Source: the human T2T-CHM13v2.0 reference genome, Homo sapiens
NCBI RefSeq assembly: GCF_009914755.1
Contig: NC_060938.1
Reading direction: 5' to 3' (one strand)
DNA: 64,000 bases
The notes under the pieces are model-generated. The model did no database searches, was not told where the DNA came from, and saw nothing but the letters and a program-made list of their open reading frames with translations. Within the stretch, counting starts at the first letter, position 1. Each line of letters starts with the position of its first letter. The position numbers and the translations under genes are program-made. Shown piece by piece: positions 54,900 through 64,000 of the stretch.

Positions 54900-57370
54900 T
54901 TAACAGTGGGGACATTGATGAATATCAAGCTTCTACCCATAAAATATATACTTTCTGAAATATTTATGCTAATAACATCTGCCTATATAAATTTAACCCA
55001 TTGAATGCTGAGCATCTGTTCTGGTTTGATATTTCCATAGTAGCTGTTATAAATAATTGAGCTAATTAAGAAATAGGGAGCATCCTCCATATAAAAATGC
55101 TAATTACTTCTAGTATTTCTCATTTTGTATGATGAAAGATTAAATATTTTTTCTTCTCCAGTGGCTTTCTGGGAAATCTCATGAGATTGCTTTTAGGTGT
55201 AGAGGACATCCTGGCACTTTATTTATTTGTTGATCTGTTTTAGATTTTAGATCTGATTCTCATAAGGCAAACATAAAAAGGGCTAATAAAAAATACTTGG
55301 TTATTTGATTAATACAGAATCATGGCTGCCTGAGAAATAACAGCTTAGTTATCTAATTAGTCAAAGTGACTGTAAAATATTTCAAAATATAACTAGAAGA
55401 ATATAACAGAATTTTATGTAACCGAGGTCATTGAAAAATAAGTAACTTTGCTTTTGAATTTTTAAATAAGAAGTTTATCATAATAACATAAAACACAAAA
55501 GATTATGCTGGTAAAATATAGAATCTGTGCTATCTAGGCAGGTTACAAGGAAAGTTAAAAAAATCCCTTTACTATGCCTTGTTAAGGACCCAAACACCAA
55601 TTTATTATTTTACAGAGAAAACCAAATTCTTATTTTGCTTTAATATAATACTTGGAAATAAATTTTTGTGGGTCACCTAATCTGTATTTAGTATCTTTTG
55701 ATTAAACTCATTAAAACTGAGTGAATTTGTCAAAATTTTAACACATTTTATGGTTTTCTTTCAGATTCAGGTATTATAAACCAAGGTAAATAAAATTCAC
55801 TTGTTTTAAATTAAAACTCTACTACTTTTTACACTCCCTCAAGTTTTGCCTTTCACTATGATCTTTCATATTCTGGAACAAACTGAGATGATGTGCTAGG
55901 AAGAATGTAGTCTCTTGGAAAAACAAAATCACATACACAGGTTCATTTCTATGTCAGTATTGAACTCTATTATTGTCTCAACAACCTATATTGATGATAA
56001 CTTTTCACCAATGTATCTAACATTTTATTTCAAAGAAAAAGCTGTGTTGGTGGCAGGGGGCGATGCCTAGTTGAAACTCTGATATACAAGCATTCTAGCA
56101 AACCAGCAAAGTTTATAAATATACATAGCATAACTTTCTACAGCTGCGCACATCCCTTTCACATCTTACAGTGGTAAAAAAGATATGTGTCCATTAATAA
56201 GATACAAACATATATCCACTCTACAGAATATAAGTAAAATTATATAAACTTAGTGTTTTAGTATTCTATCTTATGTAGAAATTATCTGGATATCCAAGTG
56301 TTACTTATTAACTTAATTAAATATTAGTCATAAGTTTTTGGTTAGTTTAGGATTATGGAAGTTATGTTTAAACTGTCGTACTACAAGGTATAATTACTGT
56401 TGATACAAACATTTTGTCATTATGGTTCAATTTATTAAACACAAATTTGTATTTTTTTATTAACTTAAACGTTACATAGGAGTAATCTTAGCTTATTTGA
56501 TCAGTTAATAAGAATAATAAGTTAGTCTAAACCTTATGAAAACAAATGTAAATTTTATTTTACCGTGTACAATCATAAGTCAGAGAAAGACATGTTATTT
56601 TCCCTTAAGCCAAAGTTAATAAACCCCTCTGATTTGTCCAAAGATTCACTTATGTGAATGTGGACTTTGAAATAGAAAAATAGAGTGGGCAAATCTTTCT
56701 TTTTTTGAATAATGTGTTTTGCAGTCTAATTTATTAATACCTCTCAAAGGTAAAAGCTTATCTCATTTATGGGCACATAGAGGCAAATAGCTTTTGATCT
56801 ATGGTGTCAACTACAGCTCTGAAGTTCATCAGTCCATATTTCAGAATTTTTCTCCTTGTCAATGGTCACTAAATATTTTCTTATTTGATTTGCACTGATG
56901 AACTGACCAGTAGATAAACAAAAACATCTAACCACCAGATTCTGTCATCTTTCAGCTGAAAGAATAGAATTTCTATTATGATCTTGACAGAGGTCACCAA
57001 ATTCTCAATCTGTGCTATCACCATTGCAGAAAAATTAACATCCTTTTGCAAAATCAGAAACAATAAAAAAACCCACAATAAATTCAAGATCACATGAAAA
57101 ACTAGAGTCAGTAACATTATTATTCTACTGGTTCTTGGTATTCACTCTTAGAGCCAGGAAAATGCATGCCTGGCTAAGATAATGTTAGAAAAGAGTTTGA
57201 ACAATGCAGTTTAATGAATACCTTAGGTATCTTGAAGCAGCCAATGGGTCCTCCAAAACTGCCAGAGAATAATTTTCGAAAAAGTAAATCATGACTTTCA
57301 TACAAATATAAAATGAACATATGCAAATTTTTAATCAATTCATTAATTAATGAGGGAATTAGATGTTAAA
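54900..57370 (-). mobile_element. Probable continuation of the old ERV1 internal sequence
   Basis: acagagaaaaccaaattct, aatcaattcattaattaatgaggg resemble remembered MER4-group internals; not verified. Confidence 0.35.
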
Positions 57371-57986
57371 GCTGGATATCCAGCCCTATTCTTGACTTCT
57401 TTTGCATTCACTTATTTTCTCTTTCTCACTTTTTAATTATTCATTTGGTCATTTGTTTCAAATTTAGTTTACAAGTCATATTATATGTAACCATCACTGG
57501 AAAATATGATCAAGTTTTCCTGTGTATGCCTGGAAAAATCACAATTTTCTAAACTTTTTGAGAAATGGACCATTTTCAGCTTGTTTCTTCAAGCTGCGGT
57601 ATCAAAGAAGTCTCTATCCTTCAGTTATTATGGATGTAGTATGTGTGTAGAAGTCATTAGCTGTTGGTTGCAGTGTTGACCATTATTCAGATAGTATGAC
57701 TCTTAGTTTATTTAACTTCTGAAACAATTTTTAATTTTCTCTTCTTATGATTCATTTTCTATAAATTGATTCTATAAATGTCACAGGGACACAAAAAGAC
57801 AAACATAATAAAGTATAAAACTACTTTGATTTTTTTGGCAAGTATTTTTTATATAAATATGAATTTATAAACAATATAAAAATCAAGGTAATTTTCTTTG
57901 GCCAGCTTCAGTGTTCAAAGGGAACATTTGAAGATCTGTTAGCTGCATAGTTTTAATTCTAGACTGTTAGGGTTCCTTGACAACAA

Positions 57987-57987
<1 letters not shown>

Positions 57988-58018
<31 letters not shown>
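57988..58018. repeat. (TG)n microsatellite
   Basis: Directly visible. Confidence 0.95.
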
Positions 58019-58020
<2 letters not shown>

Positions 58021-59954
58021 ATAAATGTGTTGGGGATAATGTTTGAGCTATTTTTACACTTCAAAAACAGGCTCTATACTTAAAATGGTTTATTCACCAG
58101 AAATAAAGTTTCATGGGCTATTAAATATAATATTTTGATAAGACTAAATACATCAAAACTTTGGTTTCATAAGAATATTTTGTTATAAATATTTTCCTGA
58201 GTGTCAAAAGCTTTTAAAATGTGAATTAGTTGACATCAAGAATCTTCAAAGGCAAACACAGGGCAAATTCTATTTTCTTTCTATCGTGAAAATTAGTAGC
58301 ACACATAGTCTCTGTGTGGCATAAAGGAAGCTACTAGGTGATCCTTACTTTCAAGGATTGAAAATATACAGAACTAGTGAGTAGTAAGTTGGTGATAGAG
58401 TTATATCCATCGTTGCTGGGAGCTCTAGCATTTGTAATATTCCCACACTGAAAGGTCCACCAATGAGCTGTCAATCAGTGGTTGAGTCTGTATACCTCAT
58501 AAGACCATGACCTGACAATGAAATCCGACTAGTGTCAGGCATAACCAAGGCTTCCTTACCTAGCTTATCCTCTGTTCCTTTTTTGACAGCTCCAGAATTA
58601 AGTTTATTTCCTGCATTTAATGGATTTGTCATAAACCTGAATTGAATCTTCCAGATAAAGGAAATTTAGGACAACTTCAATAGTCTAGCTTGCAGGTGTG
58701 CTGGATTCCTCAAGACCTGAATATCAATCTGGGCACTCAGAAGATAGGCTGGGCTAATTGCAAATCATCCTTATCAAGTCCAAAGTATAAGTCCTTTTCT
58801 GGTCTTTCTAAAGGTTCAGACTTATAATTTTAGGAAGTAGAATGTATTTCAGGGAAAGAATTTGTGCTTGGAGGATCATGTTCCCACAAAAGAATATCAG
58901 ATAACATTTAATAATCAAATTTACTATGAGGACACATACACCTTAGGCAAAAGTGTTTTGTAACTACAATATAATTACTTTTTGAAATGGCAATGAATCA
59001 ATTTTAGTTTATTCTTATTAGAGTATTTTTCAAGATTAGAATAATCAAACAGATGCATACTCGTGATTTTTTAGAATCATGTAGAACTTTGAAATTGAGC
59101 AAGATATTTGGGATATTACTTACTGTTAAAACATATATCCTGCTCAAGTGTCTGATGACATCTTTTTATGAGCTGACAGAAGAGGATTTTTGATTCCCAT
59201 ATGAGGATCTAAAATTGCATATCAAAGAGTACCTGCATCTAAAAACCAAATATGGTCTATTATTTCTTTCCCATGGTCAATATTTTTTCTATTGACTAAG
59301 AAAAAAAGTGGAAAACATCAGAGCTTTATAAATTGAGCTATTTCTATAAAGTGCTTGTTTAGTCAGTCTTAGAAATCCAGAGTATAATCAAATCAGTTTT
59401 CTTTTTGACAGTTGTTTCTGAAGTCATATTATGCAAACCAACTTTTCTGGGAAATTGGAAAATATTATAGAGCAATGCTAGCTTTCTAACAGAACAAAGA
59501 TGATTGATGTGGAAAATTAATACCTAAGGATAGAAGGATATTTTGCTCTTATTTATGACTTTCTGAATAGGCAATTTCATTAAAGCCCTCTGCTTCAAAT
59601 AAAACAGTTGTGTAAAACATTAAGTTTTGAGAACAACTTCCTTCAATGTTTTAAAAAAAATCCATATATCAAAGTTTCAGGATTTTTATATTGTTTTAAA
59701 ATTAGACTCTTTGCTTTACAATTGAGGAATCTCATTTCTGTTTTTTAGTCCTCTTGACTACTTGGTTTTCACTTTTTATAATTCTCTTGTTCCCTAGGAG
59801 ATATTGTAGGTATTTTAATAAACAAAAATATTTGGAAGTTTAATAAAAATATGAATTAATGAGATTTGTTTCTCTGCTTAAAAACCAGACTTGACTTTTT
59901 TTTTTTTTTTTTTTTTGCAAAAATCATCTTATTAGTCTCCAGGATAATTTAATC

Positions 59955-60112
59955 AAGTGGTATTGTAATTATCTGTTGTTTCTCTTCCTAGACTGGGACC
60001 TTCTTAAGAGCAGATAACATGTTTCAAAATCTATATATCCCAGCAGGAGCATGGTTTCTGGTCTGTAGAAAATGCTTAGTGTTTGTTGACCATCTACCTA
60101 AAGAAATGAATG
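59955..60112 (+). mobile_element. L2 3' end
   Basis: cctagactgggaccttcttaagagcag...tatatcccagcagg...atgcttagtgtttgttga. Confidence 0.6.
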
Positions 60113-60394
60113 ATGATGAGGCTAGATTATTTACTGTTAGGAGATTCTTAGAACTACTTGTAGTTATGATAGCTTTAGAAATTAGGCTGGACTACATAAG
60201 CATAGTAGAATAAACTCAGAAAAAAAATGACTTATCTCTAATTTTTAGGTCCTGAATTGTGAGGAAATTTCTAAATAGAATAAATTCTGACACATTTCTA
60301 AATTCAAATGGCTGGAAAACTGTTGGTAACAATGACATAATTAATCTTGAGCAATAATATTAAAAACTGAGGTAAGCTTTTAATACACTTTTAG

Positions 60395-61148
<754 letters not shown>

Positions 61149-61150
61149 TT

Positions 61151-61310
61151 CAGTGGTTCTCAACCCTGGATGCAATTTAGTATCATGGGGAGAGTTAAAA
61201 AATATCAGTGCTTGGGCCACGCTAGAATAATTGAATCAGAATCTTTTGACATGTCCTAGGAAACCCCCAGGTGATTATATTATAATACACGATAAAGGTT
61301 GAGAACTAGG
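61151..61310. mobile_element. MER5-like MITE
   Basis: cagtggttctcaaccctgg...gaatcagaatc...ccaggtgatt...ggttgagaac. Confidence 0.7.
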
Positions 61311-61759
61311 AACCTTAATGTACATCTAAAGTGAACTGGTGATCATGATTGCTGCAGTTATCTCTATACACTGAGGCTTTTGATCTCCCTCCAGGGCTGT
61401 GAACTGAAATGGAGAAATTGCTGCTTAGCATTCATTCATTGGCATTCACTCTTTCACCCAGCTTCTCTTATGTATATGAGTATATAAGTATAAGACAACT
61501 GACCAGGGTTAGAATCTGTGAACTGTGAAGATGATTGGATTGAGCAAGAATTCAGGTCTTAGCAAAGAATGACAAATTGAACTAATCAGTCAAGAATGTC
61601 CCCAAAAGACTTCCTAAAAATATATGTTCTTTTCTCTTTCTGGAATGTTTTATAGAAGTATTTAGGCCTAACCTTCAGATAATCTCATTAGTTCCTCTTA
61701 TCAGTCATGCATTCCCTAATAGCAGGGATAACTACCTTACATGGACTTAGGTGTCAGAA

Positions 61760-61925
61760 ACACTTGGGTAAGCTGATGCTACTTATATAGCTTCTCTAAG
61801 CCTCATTTTATTTATCTATAACACTGGTATAGTCATTTCTATAGCAGAGAGTTACTTTAAAAATTAAATTAGTTTATGAAGAAAAAGTACTTGGGCACAG
61901 TAAGAGCTCAGAAAATGAGCTGACG
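61760..61925 (+). mobile_element. MIR
   Basis: ttctctaagcctcattttatttatctataa...gcacagtaagagctcag. Confidence 0.6.
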
Positions 61926-62559
61926 ATAATGAATGGACCTGCATTTAATAGGTGATTACTAATTCATCACTAATATAAACCCAAATAACATATTTATGTA
62001 TTATTTCTGTGTCTTGATATTTCTTGCCAGGACCCTTTCCTCTGTTATATATGTCTTTACTTTTTTTCTTGAGGTACTTTCATTTAACTATGTTATCTAT
62101 ATCTATATAAATATTAAAATCTTGGTTATGAAATGATCCTTCTCCTAAATTAATTTTATTCACAAAATTTACTGTTCACAAATTTAATTTGTATGCTTGT
62201 CTTTCCTTTACTCTGGTTCTTGGTGGGACTTGAGTGGGCAATTTTTTAAATTTTATCTTGGCTTCTCATTGATTAACTGTGCTTATAGCACAAATCCATT
62301 TTTTCCTTTTAAAAAATTTCTTTATTACCTTTTGCCTGAATCAAATATTTTCAGGTGTCTTGAATGTCTGTTTTCAGAATATATTTTAAAATTCCCAATA
62401 CTAAAAAATATTGGCTGCATTTTTATCAACACAAAAATAATGGATGTGACAGTTTGAAAAATCTGCAAAACACAGGAATGTCATTTCCAGAGGACTCTTT
62501 TTTTTAAAAAAAAAAACAAACAAAAAACTACTCTCCAACCTTCATTTCTGTTCCCTGGA

Positions 62560-62885
62560 AATGCTGAACTCCTTCCACTCTGGTGAGCCTTCTGTGCTCT
62601 CTTGCTTCTGGATCTCCCTGGGCTGTGTCCTCTCTCTTGACTAATTACCCCCTTTTCACCTAATTACCTTCTGCTCTTTCTCACCCTAGCTTCTGCTTCC
62701 CAGTCTAAACAGCTTTTCCCAACAACTCACTTCTGGTCCCATTTGCTAATTTCTGTGCCAACTCCTATTACTGTAGCACAGTTAGACCACACAAAATTGT
62801 TTAACTGTCCCCTTCTCTGAACTCTGGTGCACTTAAAAGGCATCATTATAGCCCAGTATGTAGCATAGTGCTGGACATATTTCCA
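62560..62885 (+). mobile_element. L2 fragment
   Basis: Pyrimidine-rich tract ending cccagtatgtagcatagtgctggacata. Confidence 0.5.
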
Positions 62886-64000
62886 CATTTCATGAAAACT
62901 CTGTTTTTTCTCATGATACACACATGACAAAGGCCAGTAGAATTAAGGGTAGATGATCACGCATCTTCAGCATATTTTGTTTGCTTATGGATTTATTTTT
63001 CCTAAAATCCTCAAAACAGCAAGTATCCATCTCCTTTTATTAAAAAATTTTTCCATGTCACTGATATAAAATTTACTTTTTGCTTTCTTTTAAGTACAGC
63101 TGGTATGTTTGCTTTCATTGTTTCAGGAGGTAATCTTTTTTTTTCCCCTTCCTGGCTGGTGAAGTTGTATTTCTTACTTTTTCAGCACTTTATTTTAAAT
63201 CCTAGCCTGCCTTTGGGAGATTTGTCTTGTGTTTCCCTACTGAATGATTTCTTCTGAGCCTGTTGCTATGAGGTGCAGTAATTTGATTTTGAGATTTCAA
63301 GGACAGAGTTTCAATTCTAGGCATTGGTTTTAGCAGCATGACCTTAGAGTGCTTTAGTCATTCTTTAATGCCAAGTCTTTTCTCTGTTCTATTTTTGCTG
63401 AAGGCATATAGATTTTACAAACATATTGGGCCTTTGAACACAATCATCCCAGCCAGAATTCTCTGGGATGTATTTAAGATGTGTTTATTTTGGATTAATA
63501 AAATAGGATTTTCTTTGACTTAAAAATATATTTTCCTGTCACAATTATACTCTCGTTTTCTTTAAACTATATTGATAACTTATTATTATTGATTTTTTCC
63601 ATCTATATATTTGAATATATTTTTAAAGTTTATCTGGTTTCTTCTTTAATAGGATGTTACATATTCAAAATAATATTGTGATTATTGCCTTCTAAAATCT
63701 CAGAACAGTTGAGAAAATGTGCCTAGCAAGAGTAAATCATTATTTAAACTACAGTATTTGGATGACAGAATATTATAATTGATAAGTGAAGAAAATGTAT
63801 TTGAGGATATTAATTTTTAGTAAAGTACCTGGTATAGGAAGGGTCTCATGAAAGTTTCTTAACTAAATTAATTAAATGGATTTGGCTAGAAACATCACAA
63901 ATTAGATTAAAAATTGTCCCAAGTATCACAAACTAGATAATGATGATATTGCATGTTAAAGCAGGTAGCTTAGATTGCAGTTAGTAGAAAAGCTCAGCTT

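Noticed and set aside
56881-57117. Hydrophobic 78-aa ORF or possible processed pseudogene
   Set aside because: T-rich compositional artefact within probable ERV-internal DNA; no poly(A) or TSD.

Overview
AT-rich, CpG-depleted primate (human-like) DNA, largely made of transposable-element fossils. I found no host protein-coding exon, RNA gene or CRISPR array. Subfamily names are recognised from memory of the consensus sequences, not from a database search. Main structures: (1) a complete two-LTR HERV-L/MLT2A1 provirus (45635-52168, GACAC target-site duplication, tRNA-Leu PBS, gag-pro-pol-dUTPase, no env) whose first 220 gag codons are still open. It sits inside a minus-strand L1MA element, which appears to sit inside an older ERV1-type internal sequence. 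(2) A plus-strand L1M with 5'UTR/ORF1/ORF2 (37371-43854) that breaks off at a nested hairpin and seems to share private variants with the inverted L1 about 9 kb away. (3) A rearranged LTR40-like provirus with a gamma-type env remnant (CX6CC) whose 3' and 5' ends face each other. (4) Solo LTRs (LTR2B, MER4-, MER61-, MST/MLT-type), nine Alus, and MIR/L2/L3 and hAT relics. The most unusual signals are two independent ~50-bp insertions copied from DNA 0.8-0.9 kb away: one inverted into the HERV-L 5' LTR, one direct into the env. I cannot support a new functional biological system from sequence alone. The best leads are the open HERV-L gag (Fv1-like) ORF and this cluster of template-switch scars.
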